From an uncultured Enterobacteriaceae bacterium (lineage in GTDB: Bacteria > Pseudomonadota > Gammaproteobacteria > Eutrophobiales > Eutrophobiaceae), in assembly GCA_964640355.1 (NCBI GenBank), contig CAZXGW010000001.1, forward strand, positions 12,138 to 48,114: a stretch of 35,977 nt of DNA, given 5' to 3'. A model generated the notes under the pieces. It did no database searches. It was not told the DNA's origin and worked only from the letters and a program-made list of their open reading frames with translations. Numbering within the stretch: the stretch's first letter is position 1; each line of letters begins with the position of its first letter. The position numbers and the translations under genes are program-made. Below, piece by piece: positions 1-9,890 of the stretch.

Positions 1-1563
1 ATGATAGATGCCGATCAGTTCCCGTTGCCACCACTGGCCGGTGGTGGCGCGTAGCGTTTTGTCGGTGAAGCGGTAGTGATAGGCGAGGGCGCGCACGTAA
101 CGCGGCGGTGCCTCCGGAAAGGGATTGTGTAACAGCAGGGCGGTCACGCTCTCTTCCCCTTCAAGAAGCCGCTGGAGCAGGCGGCCGAACCACGGCGGGC
201 GGTCCCTGGCGTCATGCGCCGCAAACCACATCTGCCAATCGAGGCGTGGCTGGTGAGGGATGTTCCAGGGCGGCCGGCGGTAGAGATCACCGGGTTTGTA
301 CCTGAACTCGTACGGTTTCCAGTCCTTTTTGTCCGCGGAGCCTTCCACGATGATTTCAATCCGCCGCGTGGTCATCACGGCGAAGGGGCCGTAGATACTG
401 GTGACCCGCAGGGGGATTACGATCTCGTACAGGGGTGTGAGCAGTGCTGATTGTGCGCCGGTGAATATTTTCCGGAACTGGCCGTAATTAACGGTGAGGA
501 TTAACGCCGCGACGAAGGCACCCACGAGCGTGTTCACCACGGGGACCTGAACGCCGGTACCCGCCCGGTCCAGCTGCCGGACAAGGGGCGCCGGGATCAA
601 CCGTCTCAAGGCGGCATCGTCAAACAGGAACAGGCAGAAGGCGATGGTCAACAGATTGAAGAAGTTATAGTTTCCCGTCAAAAGAATGCCCGCCTGGAGG
701 GCGATGAAGCAAAAGCCCGCGACATGCCTTAGCTTCCGCGGCAGAAAGATCAGAAAGGGAATGACCAGCTCAACCGCCAGCGTCGCCCCCGCGAGGCTGA
801 CGAGGACCGGCTCAGGAAGATGATGGGCGAACCAGGCCAGCGGTGTCGGCAGGGGCTGTGTTTCAAAATGATAGGTCAGGGCCGTGAGGTTATCCCAGCT
901 CGGATCCCGGCTGGCGATTTTCACAACACCGCTGAGAAACATGAACCGGAACGCCAGCCAGCGGTAAAGCCAGACGATGATGGCGGATCGCCCGGGGAGG
1001 AACATCGCCAGGAAACCGACCTCGAGCAGCAGGAGGTCCCATTGAAACACCATGAACGTCTGGCCGGCATAAAACAGAGACAAGTACAAGAGGTAGAGCA
1101 TCAGCAACGAAGTACGCGGCAGGACGTTTAGGGTTAACAGCAGGGCGAACACAGACCCCGCCATACAGGCACCGACCAGGGCCTGGTCGCCGGGGTGGAG
1201 CCAGAACAGGGTGGGCAGTTTCAGCCAGGCGCCGGCTCCGAGATGCCCACCGGTGTTTTCGAGAAACCGATCCAGGGGCAGTATCCCGTCGCCGCCGATC
1301 AAACCGATGATCTGGACGCCGAGCGATATGAACGCCGACAGGCAGATGAGGCCGAAGAGGCGGAGGAACAGCCATCTCGTGAGCTCGTACCGCGGCGGTT
1401 CGCGCTCCCCTCCACGCCACAGGCGGCCCGTCCATGCCAGGACGCCGCGGTGGCGGGAGATAAATGCGGAGATATATCCCGCGATCCGGGCAAATCCGGG
1501 AACGCGGCGCCAGAGCCGAGCCGATGGTCCGAAGGCAGGGGCGTTATCAGGACGCCTGGACAC
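1..1563 (-). CDS. Lipase maturation factor (LMF1-like)/HTTM-type polytopic membrane protein; 3' end runs off the window
   Basis: Not in the ORF track because there is no stop inside the window. I checked the minus-strand frame (codons on 1-3, 4-6, ...) triplet by triplet and it is open from 1590 down to 1. The only plausible start is GTG at 1563-1561, and an in-frame stop lies just upstream at 1593-1591. The translation (...YELTRWLFLRLFGLICLSAFISLGVQIIGLIGGDGILPLDRFLE...WDNLTALTYHFETQPLPTPLAWFAHHLP...GNYNFFNLLTIAFCLFLFDD...RLDWQMWFAA...) is hydrophobic and multi-TM. It matches my memory of the LMF/HTTM family. Confidence 0.7.
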   Translation of the reverse strand, partial: MSRRPDNAPAFGPSARLWRRVPGFARIAGYISAFISRHRGVLAWTGRLWRGGEREPPRYELTRWLFLRLFGLICLSAFISLGVQIIGLIGGDGILPLDRFLENTGGHLGAGAWLKLPTLFWLHPGDQALVGACMAGSVFALLLTLNVLPRTSLLMLYLLYLSLFYAGQTFMVFQWDLLLLEVGFLAMFLPGRSAIIVWLYRWLAFRFMFLSGVVKIASRDPSWDNLTALTYHFETQPLPTPLAWFAHHLPEPVLVSLAGATLAVELVIPFLIFLPRKLRHVAGFCFIALQAGILLTGNYNFFNLLTIAFCLFLFDDAALRRLIPAPLVRQLDRAGTGVQVPVVNTLVGAFVAALILTVNYGQFRKIFTGAQSALLTPLYEIVIPLRVTSIYGPFAVMTTRRIEIIVEGSADKKDWKPYEFRYKPGDLYRRPPWNIPHQPRLDWQMWFAAHDARDRPPWFGRLLQRLLEGEESVTALLLHNPFPEAPPRYVRALAYHYRFTDKTLRATTGQWWQRELIGIYH

Positions 1564-1788
1564 AGACCGCGCGCCCCGGCGGACCTTGCCTCAAGCGGCA
1601 GTGCACCAATGTCGATGAGGCCGCGCCGATCCCCGGAAGGCGGCACTCACATCGCGCGTGTTGCTTCATTGAATTTCGCGGCAGTATATAAAAGAATGGC
1701 AGCGAATAAGGCAGGGACAGCATAAACCTGATGCCGGCTTAACACATCCCTGCCCAGTGGGATGCTGCCGAATACACTGGGCGCCGTC

Positions 1789-2841
1789 TCAGGCGGTGCC
1801 CAAGACAGCCATCGCCTTTTTGTAATGTTCAATGCCGGCGCCCGTCCTGCCGGCCTGTTCGCTTAGGCTGCGCCGGAACACGCGGGCGCCGGGCATCCCC
1901 TGGAAAAGCCCCTGGAGATGCCGTGTCATACGGTTCAAAGGCACCCCCCGTTCCAGGTTTCGCGCGACATACTCCGTGAATTGTTCAAGGATCTCCGCCC
2001 GGCTCGGGACGGGGTGGCGATCCTGGAATATCGCCTTGTCCACTTCGGCCAGGAGATACGGATTACGGTAGGCCGCCCGCCCGATCATGACCCCGTCCAC
2101 GCGATCATATTGCGCCAGGATCTGGTCGAGCGTGGCGAACCCGCCGTTAATAATGATCTCGAGTTCCGGATAGGCTTTTTTCAGTCGATAGACGGTATCG
2201 TACTGCAGCGGCGGGATCGCGAGGTTTTGTTTCGGACTGAGCCTGTGGAGCAGGGCCTTGCGGGCATGGATGATAAAGGTGCCGCAACCGCCCGCCCGCA
2301 CTGTCTCAATGAAGGCGGCCAGTTCCTCGAAGCCGTCCCGATCATCGATGCCGGTCCGCGTTTTCACCGTGATCGGGAGGCGGACCTCGCCGGTCATGGC
2401 CGCCACGCAATCAGCCACGCGCCCGGGCTCCGCCATCAGGCAAGCGCCGAACCTGCCCGACCGGACCCGGTGACTGGGGCAGCCGACGTTGAAGTTCAGT
2501 TCATCGTAGCCCATGTCGCCGGCGATGCGGGCGCAGCGCGCAAGCTCCGCGGGGTCGCTGCCGCCGATCTGGAGGGCGAGGGGGTGTTCCCTGGGCGAGA
2601 AGGCGAGGCGTGCGCCGGGATCGCCGTGGAGAATGGCGCCCGTGGTGATCATCTCCGAGTACAGCAGAACATGCCGCGAGATCAGGCGCAGAAAGTAGCG
2701 GCAATGCCGGTCGGTGCGATCCATCATGGGCGCGACCGACAGTCTCCGGTCCGGGTTCCCGCCGCCGGAACCGTTAAGGGGATTTTTTTGGCGCGCGGTC
2801 AATGTATCGCCAGGGCATCCATGATGGTGTGCTTCAGGCAC
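1789..2841 (-). CDS. dusA: tRNA-dihydrouridine synthase A
   Basis: Contains RLSVAPMMDRTDRHCRYFLRLISR, the NFNVGCPSHRV catalytic Cys motif, and a TIM-barrel Dus pattern. The longest ORF starts at GTG 2841. An alternative TTG at 2802 forms a TTGA overlap with the glnD stop and may be the true start. Confidence 0.9.
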   Translation of the reverse strand: MPEAHHHGCPGDTLTARQKNPLNGSGGGNPDRRLSVAPMMDRTDRHCRYFLRLISRHVLLYSEMITTGAILHGDPGARLAFSPREHPLALQIGGSDPAELARCARIAGDMGYDELNFNVGCPSHRVRSGRFGACLMAEPGRVADCVAAMTGEVRLPITVKTRTGIDDRDGFEELAAFIETVRAGGCGTFIIHARKALLHRLSPKQNLAIPPLQYDTVYRLKKAYPELEIIINGGFATLDQILAQYDRVDGVMIGRAAYRNPYLLAEVDKAIFQDRHPVPSRAEILEQFTEYVARNLERGVPLNRMTRHLQGLFQGMPGARVFRRSLSEQAGRTGAGIEHYKKAMAVLGTA

Positions 2842-5453
2842 TCCTGCTTGATGGGATCGCGGATCATCCTGTTCTCCTTGTCCGTAATGAAAAAGATGTC
2901 CTCAACGCGCGCGCCGTAGGTGGCGATTTTGGCGTTCTGCAGGCGCGCGCCGCAGAATTCAAGCGCCATGCCGATGATGGAGAGCAGACCGGGCCTGTCC
3001 GAGGTAATGACCTCCATGACGGTGCGGTTGTTTTTTTCATCCTGGGAAAAATTGATTTCGGACGGAACGGGAAAATGCTTCAGTCTCCGCGGCCTGATCC
3101 GCGTGATCTTCTGGGTAAAGCTGTCGAGCGAGGACAGCGCCTTCTCCAGCGACACGATGATCTCCTCGCGCCTGTGTTTGTCGGTGATCGGTTCCCCCGT
3201 GTCCTCGAGGATGATATAGGTGTCCAGCGTGTAATCGGTGCTCGAGGTGATGATGCGGGCATCGACGATGGTGAAGCCGAGCCTGTCAAGGACGCGGGTG
3301 GAAGCCGCGAAGATGCGGTCGCGGTTCTTCATGTAGATAAAAACCTCCGTCCCGCCTCGGTAGGTCTGTTCCCTCACCAGCACCAGCGGCTTGTCCAGCT
3401 CCGGGTTTTTTCCGATGTTCCGGGCATGCCACGCGATTTCATCGGGCGAGTAACGGATGAAATAATCCTCGCCCAGCCCTTTCCAGAACGACGCGAAGTC
3501 CAGTTTCACTTTTGCCCGCTTGTTTAACAGGTTCAACGCCTGTTCTTTCGTTTCCCTGATCAGCGTGTCCTTGTTGATCGGATTTTCGAGACCGCGCCTC
3601 AGCGCGAGCAGCGTTTTGTGGTAAAGCTCCTCGAACAGGGAATCCTTCCATTTGTTCCACAGCGCGGGATTGGTGCCCTTGATGTCGGCGACCGTCAGCA
3701 GGTACAGGTAATTGAGGTGATTCCGGTCGCCCACCCTGGCGGCGAACCGGTTGATGACCTCCGGGTCGCTGAGGTCCATGCGCTGGGCGGTCTTCGACAT
3801 CAGGAGATGATTTTCGACCAGCCAGGACACCAGCCGCGAATCGTAGTTGCTCAGCCCGTGGTCCTTGCAGAATCTGTAGGCGTCCCGCGCGCCGAGCAGG
3901 GAATGATCGCCGCCGCGGCCCTTGGCGATGTCGTGAAACAGTCCGGCAATGTACAGCAGTTCCTGCTTGGGCACGGTCTCCAGGATCTTGCTGAACAGGG
4001 GATATTCGGCGGCGTTTTCTGCCAGGCCAAAGAGGCGCAGGTTCCTCACAACGAACAGGATGTGTTCATCCACGGTATAAATGTGAAACAGGTCAAACTG
4101 CATCAGGCCTTCAATGGCGCCAAAGGCCGGCAGGTAACTGCTGAGGATGCCGTAGCGGTGCATACGCCTCAGTTCATGTCCAACGCGCCGCGGCTGGCGG
4201 ATGATTTCCATGAACAGGCTGCGGTTCCTGATGTCTTTTCTGAATTCCCTGTCGACGAGGTGTGAATACTGCCGAATCAGGCGTATGGTGCTCGCCCGGA
4301 CGCCCTTTATGGTCGGATTTTGCTGCAGCAGGAGAAACAATTCCAGGAGGGCGAACGGATACCGCCTGAAGACGTTGTTATGGCAGGCCTCGATGAAATC
4401 GTTGCGCACCTGGAACCTTCTGTTGAGCGGTTTTGTTTTTTCCCTGCGCCCCCCGTAAATAATCGCCTCCTGGAAATGCTGCAGGAGGATTTCATTCAAG
4501 AGGTTCAGTTCCCTGACCGTCCGGTAGTACATCTTCATGAACTGCTCCACGCCCCGGTTGCCCTGGGTGCGGTAGCCGAAAAATTGCGCCAGGCTGCGCT
4601 GGTAGTCGAACAGCAGGCGATCTTCGCGCCTGTTTGTCAGGTAATGCAGTGCGTACCGGATCCGCCACAGCAAGGTCTGGCCTTTATCGAGAACCTGGTA
4701 TTCGTCTTCCGTGAGGAAGCCATGGGCCACCAGATCGCGCAGGGTTTCCGCACTGAAATAGCGTTTTGCCACCCAGCCGATGGTCTGTATGTCGCGCAGC
4801 CCCCCCGGCCCTTCCTTGATATTCGGTTCAAGCTTGTGGTCCGTGTCATCGTATTTCTGGTGGCGTTTTATCTGCTCTTTCCATTTTTCCTCGAAGAATT
4901 TTTTGGGGCGCCAGATCCTTGCGGGACTAGTGAGCCTGGACATCTGGTCGTAAAGCTCCCGGTTTCCCGTGAGCAGCCGCGATTCCATGAGGTTGGTGGC
5001 GACGGAGATATCCTTGCTGGCCTCTCGCACGCAGTCTTTCACCGTGCGGACGCTGTGCCCGACCTCGAGCCCCATGTCCCAGAGAAAGGCCAGGAATTTC
5101 TCTATCAGCCGCTTTTGCACCCTGCTTGCCCCCGGTTTCTGGATGATCATCAGGTCGATGTCCGATCCCGGGTGCAGTTCACCGCGCCCGTACCCGCCGA
5201 CGGCGACGAGCGCCATGCCGTCCGTCCCGACGATATGACGCCAGGCGTGGGTCAACAACTGATCTATGAGCCATGCCCGCCGCTGCACGAGGGTCTTTAC
5301 GTTGACGCCGGAGGTGAAGGCATCATTGAGCAGTTCATGCCCTTTTGCATAGGAGTGTTTGAACAATTGCAGGGGTGCGCGGGACTGCTTCAGCGCCTTG
5401 CTGAAGGACTCCACGTCGAACAGCCGCGGATCGATGATCTCGGATTCCTGCAT
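2799..5453 (-). CDS. glnD: Bifunctional [protein-PII] uridylyltransferase/uridylyl-removing enzyme
   Basis: 884 aa. Nucleotidyltransferase motif GGYGRGELHPGSDIDL, HD domain (LFHDIAKGRGGDHS), and two C-terminal ACT-like segments. Sits 3 nt downstream of map. Confidence 0.95.
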   Translation of the reverse strand: MQESEIIDPRLFDVESFSKALKQSRAPLQLFKHSYAKGHELLNDAFTSGVNVKTLVQRRAWLIDQLLTHAWRHIVGTDGMALVAVGGYGRGELHPGSDIDLMIIQKPGASRVQKRLIEKFLAFLWDMGLEVGHSVRTVKDCVREASKDISVATNLMESRLLTGNRELYDQMSRLTSPARIWRPKKFFEEKWKEQIKRHQKYDDTDHKLEPNIKEGPGGLRDIQTIGWVAKRYFSAETLRDLVAHGFLTEDEYQVLDKGQTLLWRIRYALHYLTNRREDRLLFDYQRSLAQFFGYRTQGNRGVEQFMKMYYRTVRELNLLNEILLQHFQEAIIYGGRREKTKPLNRRFQVRNDFIEACHNNVFRRYPFALLELFLLLQQNPTIKGVRASTIRLIRQYSHLVDREFRKDIRNRSLFMEIIRQPRRVGHELRRMHRYGILSSYLPAFGAIEGLMQFDLFHIYTVDEHILFVVRNLRLFGLAENAAEYPLFSKILETVPKQELLYIAGLFHDIAKGRGGDHSLLGARDAYRFCKDHGLSNYDSRLVSWLVENHLLMSKTAQRMDLSDPEVINRFAARVGDRNHLNYLYLLTVADIKGTNPALWNKWKDSLFEELYHKTLLALRRGLENPINKDTLIRETKEQALNLLNKRAKVKLDFASFWKGLGEDYFIRYSPDEIAWHARNIGKNPELDKPLVLVREQTYRGGTEVFIYMKNRDRIFAASTRVLDRLGFTIVDARIITSSTDYTLDTYIILEDTGEPITDKHRREEIIVSLEKALSSLDSFTQKITRIRPRRLKHFPVPSEINFSQDEKNNRTVMEVITSDRPGLLSIIGMALEFCGARLQNAKIATYGARVEDIFFITDKENRMIRDPIKQECLKHTIMDALAIH

Positions 5454-5456
5454 GGA

Positions 5457-6224
5457 TCAGAATTTTTCTTCAGGCCGTTTCGTCAGGACTTCGTAGCCCC
5501 TCGCGGTCACGAGCACGGTGTGTTCCCATTGGGCGGACAGACTTCTGTCCCGCGTTACCACGGTCCAGTTATCCGGCAGCAGTTTCACGTGGCGCTTCCC
5601 GGCGTTTATCATCGGTTCGATGGTAAACGTCATTCCCTCTTCAAGCACGAGACCGGTGCCTTTTTCTCCATAGTGAAGGATCTGGGGTTCCTCGTGAAAT
5701 TCCCTGCCGATCCCGTGGCCGCAGTATTCCCTGACCACGGAATAGCTGTGCGATTCCGCATGCCTCTGTATGGCGTGGCCGATGTCACCCAGCCTGACGC
5801 CGGGCCTGACCATTTCAATGCCGATACACAGGCATTCGTAGGTGATGTCCACGAGCCTTCTTGCGCGTATGCTCGGTTTGCCAACGAAAAACATCATACT
5901 GGTATCGCCGTGATAGTCATCCTTGATCACCGTGACGTCGATATTGATGATGTCACCTTCCTTCAGTTTCCTGTCGCCGGGTATGCCGTGGCACACCACG
6001 TGATTGACGGACGTGCAGATGGACTTGGGGAAGCCCCGGTAATTCAGGGGCGCGGGTATGGCCTGCAGGGTGTTTACGATATAGTTGTGACAGATGGTGT
6101 CGAGTTCGCCCGTCGTTCTTCCCGGCTCGACATGCGGTGCGATCATCTGCAGGACGTCTGCGGCCAGCCCGCCCGCCCGGCGCATTTTCTCAATTTCATC
6201 AGGGGTTTTGATGGATACAGTCAT
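5457..6224 (-). CDS. map: Type I methionine aminopeptidase
   Basis: 255 aa. Metal-ligand pattern DIINIDVTV..DGYHGD-like (DDYHGDTS), CGHGIGREFHEEP, FTIEPM, WEHTVLVT. Confidence 0.96.
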   Translation of the reverse strand: MTVSIKTPDEIEKMRRAGGLAADVLQMIAPHVEPGRTTGELDTICHNYIVNTLQAIPAPLNYRGFPKSICTSVNHVVCHGIPGDRKLKEGDIINIDVTVIKDDYHGDTSMMFFVGKPSIRARRLVDITYECLCIGIEMVRPGVRLGDIGHAIQRHAESHSYSVVREYCGHGIGREFHEEPQILHYGEKGTGLVLEEGMTFTIEPMINAGKRHVKLLPDNWTVVTRDRSLSAQWEHTVLVTARGYEVLTKRPEEKF

Positions 6225-6252
6225 CGCGTGCGGCCGGGGTAAAGCTAAGCGA

Positions 6253-6281
6253 TTGTTATTACAGGGCTTCTATGTTATAAA
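6253..6281 (+). promoter_or_regulatory. Candidate sigma70 promoter for rpsB (TTGTTA-N17-TATAAA)
   Basis: -35 TTGTTA at 6253-6258 and -10 TATAAA at 6276-6281 with a 17-nt spacer. It lies in the divergent map/rpsB intergenic region and would give a structured leader of about 160 nt before the rpsB ATG at 6448. Confidence 0.4.
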
Positions 6282-6447
6282 GCGCCCGCTGTTTTAGCAA
6301 ACTACACCACACGCACGCTGCAACCGCGTATGGGGTGCCCCGCAACAGAAGTCCGGTAACGGCGCCAGGTGGCCGGTGTTTCACCTCCCGGCGGCGGGGT
6401 TCATGCCCGGTGTGTGCGGAGGCTTAACCCATGAGGAGAAGGTATCA

Positions 6448-7464
6448 ATGGCTGGTTTATCCATGCGTGAAATGCTGGAGGCCGGGGTGCATTTCGGTCA
6501 TCAGGCCCGGTTCTGGAACCCGAAGATGGCCCCCTACCTGTTCGGTCAACGGAACAAGATCCACATCATAAATCTGGAAAAGACGCTTCCCCTGTACAAC
6601 GAGGCGGTCAATTTTATCAGCAAGCTGGCCGCAAAGAAGGGGGTTATCCTGTTTGTCGGCACGAAGCGCGCCGCCCAGGCGATTATCCAGGAGGAGGCGA
6701 GCCGCTGCGGCATGCCGTATGTCAACCGCCGCTGGCTGGGCGGGCTCTTGACAAATTTCAAGACCGTAAGGCAGTCGATCAAAAGGCTCAAGGATCTTGA
6801 ATCCATGGAGGCAAACGGGGCCCAGGAGCGCCTGAGCAAAAAGGAGCTGCTCACGCATAGTCGCGAACTCGCCAAACTGGAGCGCAGCCTTTCCGGGATC
6901 AAGAACATTTCTGGTCTCCCCGACGCCCTGTTCGTGATCGACGTGGGTTATGAATACATCGCGGTCAGCGAGGCGAAGAAGCTGGGCATTCCCGTGGTAG
7001 GGGTGGTAGACAGCAATAACAGCCCGGACGGTATTGATTACATCATCCCGGGAAATGATGATGCCATCCGGTCCATCCAGTTGTATGCCAGGGGAATGGC
7101 GGACGCTGTCCTGGACGCACGCCAGTCCATCGCCCATCTCGGCGCCGCGGGGGAAGGCGATGAATTCGTGGAACTGGATGAAACCGGTGCACCGGTGGAA
7201 AAACCCGAAGCGGAGCCGGCGGCGAGAGTCAAGATCAAGAAACCGCTGAAGAAGAAAGTTGCCAGCGTACCTCCGGAAACCGTGATCACCGGGGCAACAC
7301 TGGAGGCCCCTGTCCCGGAAGAAGCAGCGGCAGTTCCGGCGGCGCCCGCGGTGGCAGAAAACCGGGTGCCGGAAAAAACGAAGACTAAAAAGAAGACCAC
7401 CGGGAAAACCGCGGCGAAAACCACTGTCAGGAAGAAGTCGAAAAAAACGGGTGATGCCGCCTGA
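6448..7464 (+). CDS. rpsB: 30S ribosomal protein S2 with a long Lys/Ala/Pro-rich C-terminal extension
   Basis: [27 protein letters not shown] matches the canonical S2 N-terminus. GAGGAGAAGG RBS lies 6-7 nt upstream of ATG 6448. The track start at 6376 is an upstream extension. Confidence 0.95.
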   Translation: MAGLSMREMLEAGVHFGHQARFWNPKMAPYLFGQRNKIHIINLEKTLPLYNEAVNFISKLAAKKGVILFVGTKRAAQAIIQEEASRCGMPYVNRRWLGGLLTNFKTVRQSIKRLKDLESMEANGAQERLSKKELLTHSRELAKLERSLSGIKNISGLPDALFVIDVGYEYIAVSEAKKLGIPVVGVVDSNNSPDGIDYIIPGNDDAIRSIQLYARGMADAVLDARQSIAHLGAAGEGDEFVELDETGAPVEKPEAEPAARVKIKKPLKKKVASVPPETVITGATLEAPVPEEAAAVPAAPAVAENRVPEKTKTKKKTTGKTAAKTTVRKKSKKTGDAA

Positions 7465-7491
7465 GGCGGTGAAGGAAAGCGGGGATACTCT

Positions 7492-8373
7492 ATGCAGATA
7501 ACGGCGGAACTGGTCAGGGAACTCAGGGATCGCACGGGGGCCGGCATCATGGACTGCAAAAAGGCCCTGCAGGATACCGGCGGTGACATCGACGCGGCCA
7601 TCGACGCCATGCGCAAATCCGGCGTCGCCAAGGCGGCGAAGAAAGCGGGGCGGATAGCGGCGGAGGGCAAGATCGTCATCCGGCAGGATCCGGACACCCG
7701 CGAAGCCGTCATACTCGAAGTCAACTCCGAGACGGACTTCGTCGCCCGGGATGAAAATTTCACGACATTTGCCGACAGGGTGGCAGCCTGCATCCTGGAC
7801 AGGCGGCCGGACAACCTTGAATCATTGATGGCACTGCAGATTGACGGCCTCACCGTTGAAGAGGAAAGACAGCAGCTGGTCGCGAGGATAGGGGAAAACA
7901 TCAACGTCCGGCGATTTGAACGGCTGTGCCCGGAAGGCGAGCTCGGACTCTACCTGCATGGCGGCAGAATCGGCGTGCTGGTGGATATCAGGAACGGAAA
8001 CGAGTCCCTCGCCCGGGACGTCGCCATGCACATCGCCGGGAACCCCGTACCCCCCCTGTGCATTCGCGAGGCCGAGGTGCCGCGGGATTTAATCGAGAAG
8101 GAGAGGGAAATTTACGCGGCACAGGCGGCGGAAAGCGGCAAACCGCCGGAGATTGCAGACCGGATAGTCGCGGGCAAGATTAGCAGATTTGTGAGCGACG
8201 TGGCGTTGCTGAGCCAGCCGTTCATAAAGGATACCGAACAGACCGTCGGTAATCTGGTGAAAGCCCTGGGGGCGGAAGTGAGGCGCTTCATACGCTATGA
8301 AGTCGGCGAGGGCCTGGAAAAGCGCAGCGACAATTTCGCGGAGCAGGTCATGGCGCAGGCGAAGGGAGCGTAG
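7492..8373 (+). CDS. tsf: Translation elongation factor Ts
   Basis: [26 protein letters not shown] (UBA-like N-terminal domain), 293 aa, immediately after rpsB. Confidence 0.96.
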   Translation: MQITAELVRELRDRTGAGIMDCKKALQDTGGDIDAAIDAMRKSGVAKAAKKAGRIAAEGKIVIRQDPDTREAVILEVNSETDFVARDENFTTFADRVAACILDRRPDNLESLMALQIDGLTVEEERQQLVARIGENINVRRFERLCPEGELGLYLHGGRIGVLVDIRNGNESLARDVAMHIAGNPVPPLCIREAEVPRDLIEKEREIYAAQAAESGKPPEIADRIVAGKISRFVSDVALLSQPFIKDTEQTVGNLVKALGAEVRRFIRYEVGEGLEKRSDNFAEQVMAQAKGA

Positions 8374-8377
8374 CCCA

Positions 8378-9109
8378 TTGACGGCCACGTCGAAGGAGGT
8401 GATCTACCGGCGGGTTTTGCTGAAGCTCAGCGGCGAGGCGTTGATCGGAAAGGCGGCATATGGGATCGACCCGGACGTCCTGCGCGGCATTGCCCGGGAA
8501 GTGAGCGGTCTCGTTGGCGCGGGGGTTGAGGTCGCCATCGTCATAGGCGGCGGCAATTTCTTTCGCGGCGCCATGCTGGCCGCCGCCGGCATTGAGCGCG
8601 TGACCGCCGATCACATGGGGATGCTCGCCACCATCGTGAACGCCCTGGCCCTGCAGGATGCCCTTGAACAACTGGGCATGCACGCCCGCGTCATGTCGGC
8701 CATCAAGATAAACGAGATCTGCGAGGATTACATCCGGAGACGGGCCATACGGCATCTTGAGAAGGGCAGGGTGGTGTTGTTCGCCGCCGGAACGGGCAAC
8801 CCGTTCTTTACCACGGATTCCGCGGCCAGCCTCCGGGCGATCGAGATCGGGGCCAACTTGCTGATAAAAGCGACCAAGGTGAATGGCATCTATTCCTCAG
8901 ATCCGTCGATCGACAGGGAGGCGGTGCGCTTTGACGCGCTGAGTTACGACGAGATCCTCGAACGCAAACTCGATGTCATGGACGCCACCGCAATCGTGCT
9001 TTGCCGGGAAAACAGGATGCCGTTGCGGGTCCTGGACATGACCCGGCCCGGCGCCCTGATGCGCACGGTAAAGGGCATGGACGAGGGCACCCTGGTCACG
9101 GGAACCTGA
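8378..9109 (+). CDS. pyrH: UMP kinase
   Basis: [13 protein letters not shown] and [11 protein letters not shown] motifs. The track start at 8297 overlaps tsf. TTG 8378 (just after the tsf stop) or GTG 8399 are the plausible starts, so the start is uncertain. Confidence 0.9.
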   Translation: MTATSKEVIYRRVLLKLSGEALIGKAAYGIDPDVLRGIAREVSGLVGAGVEVAIVIGGGNFFRGAMLAAAGIERVTADHMGMLATIVNALALQDALEQLGMHARVMSAIKINEICEDYIRRRAIRHLEKGRVVLFAAGTGNPFFTTDSAASLRAIEIGANLLIKATKVNGIYSSDPSIDREAVRFDALSYDEILERKLDVMDATAIVLCRENRMPLRVLDMTRPGALMRTVKGMDEGTLVTGT

Positions 9110-9123
9110 AGGGGGGTGGCATT

Positions 9124-9681
9124 ATGTCCATGAACATCATCCAGGATGCGGACAGGCGCATGAACAAGAGTCTCGAAGCCCTGAAGCATGAAATGGCGAA
9201 GATCAGGACCGGGCGCGCGCACTCAAGCCTGCTGGAACACATCACCGTCAGTTATTACGGCGCTGAAGTCCCCATCAACCAGGTTGCCAATATCGGTGTC
9301 CAGGACGCGCGCACCCTGACCATCACGGCCTACGACAAAAAAGCGGTTCCCGTCATCGAAAAAGCCATCCTGACTTCAGACCTGGGGCTTAACCCGGTCA
9401 CTGCCGGCGACGTGATCCGCGTTCCGCTGCCGCCGCTGACCGAGGAAAGGCGCCGGGAGCTCATCCGGGTAGTTCGCGCCGAATCGGAAAAGGCCAAGGT
9501 CGCCGTGCGCAATATCCGGCGCGATGCCAATCATTCCTTCAAGGAATTGATTAAAAACAAAAGCATTACCGAAGACGAGGAAAGGCGCGCAGAAGAACAG
9601 ATCCAGAAGCTGACGGATGATCACATCGCCCGGATAGACAAGATCCTCGAGGAGAAAGAAAAGGAAATGATGGAGATTTAG
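9124..9681 (+). CDS. frr: Ribosome recycling factor
   Basis: [32 protein letters not shown]..., about 185 aa. The track start at 9001 overlaps pyrH and is rejected. Confidence 0.95.
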   Translation: MSMNIIQDADRRMNKSLEALKHEMAKIRTGRAHSSLLEHITVSYYGAEVPINQVANIGVQDARTLTITAYDKKAVPVIEKAILTSDLGLNPVTAGDVIRVPLPPLTEERRRELIRVVRAESEKAKVAVRNIRRDANHSFKELIKNKSITEDEERRAEEQIQKLTDDHIARIDKILEEKEKEMMEI

Positions 9682-9713
9682 CAACTTGTCCCGTACTGAC
9701 CTTCGAAATTGGT

Positions 9714-9816
9714 GCTGCCGGGTAATTCTCCGAAAGACACGCCGTGAATATGTCCCTCCAGGCCCGGGTGCCGCTGTCCCTGCAGCACACAGTCTTCCGG
9801 AGGAATACCCGGCAGC
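9714..9816. repeat. Long imperfect inverted repeat / predicted extended hairpin in the frr-uppS spacer
   Basis: The left arm gctgccgggtaattctccg (9714-9732) pairs with the right arm cggaggaatacccggcagc (9798-9816): 19 positions with 1 mismatch and 1 G-U. After a 1-nt bulge the stem extends inward by 5 more bp (9734-9738 with 9792-9796). Confidence 0.6.
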
Positions 9817-9890
9817 AAGAATGAGGAAAGATAGTCGGAGATAGCCACCAGGAAACTCCGGTTCAACAGGCAGCAGGTTTGAGAAAATTC

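Noticed and set aside
890-1725. Track ORFs 890..1435 (-), 1195..1725 (+), 1211..1618 (+) and 1299..1646 (-)
   Set aside because: All overlap the unlisted LMF-like frame and translate to Arg/Pro/Gly-rich sequence. The LMF-like frame gives coherent TM helices and conserved motifs instead.
4320-6242. 640-aa plus-strand ORF
   Set aside because: It is entirely antisense to glnD and map, both of which have unmistakable motifs. Its translation is low-complexity (Pro/Gly/Arg/Val-rich) with no motifs, which is typical of a GC-driven shadow ORF.
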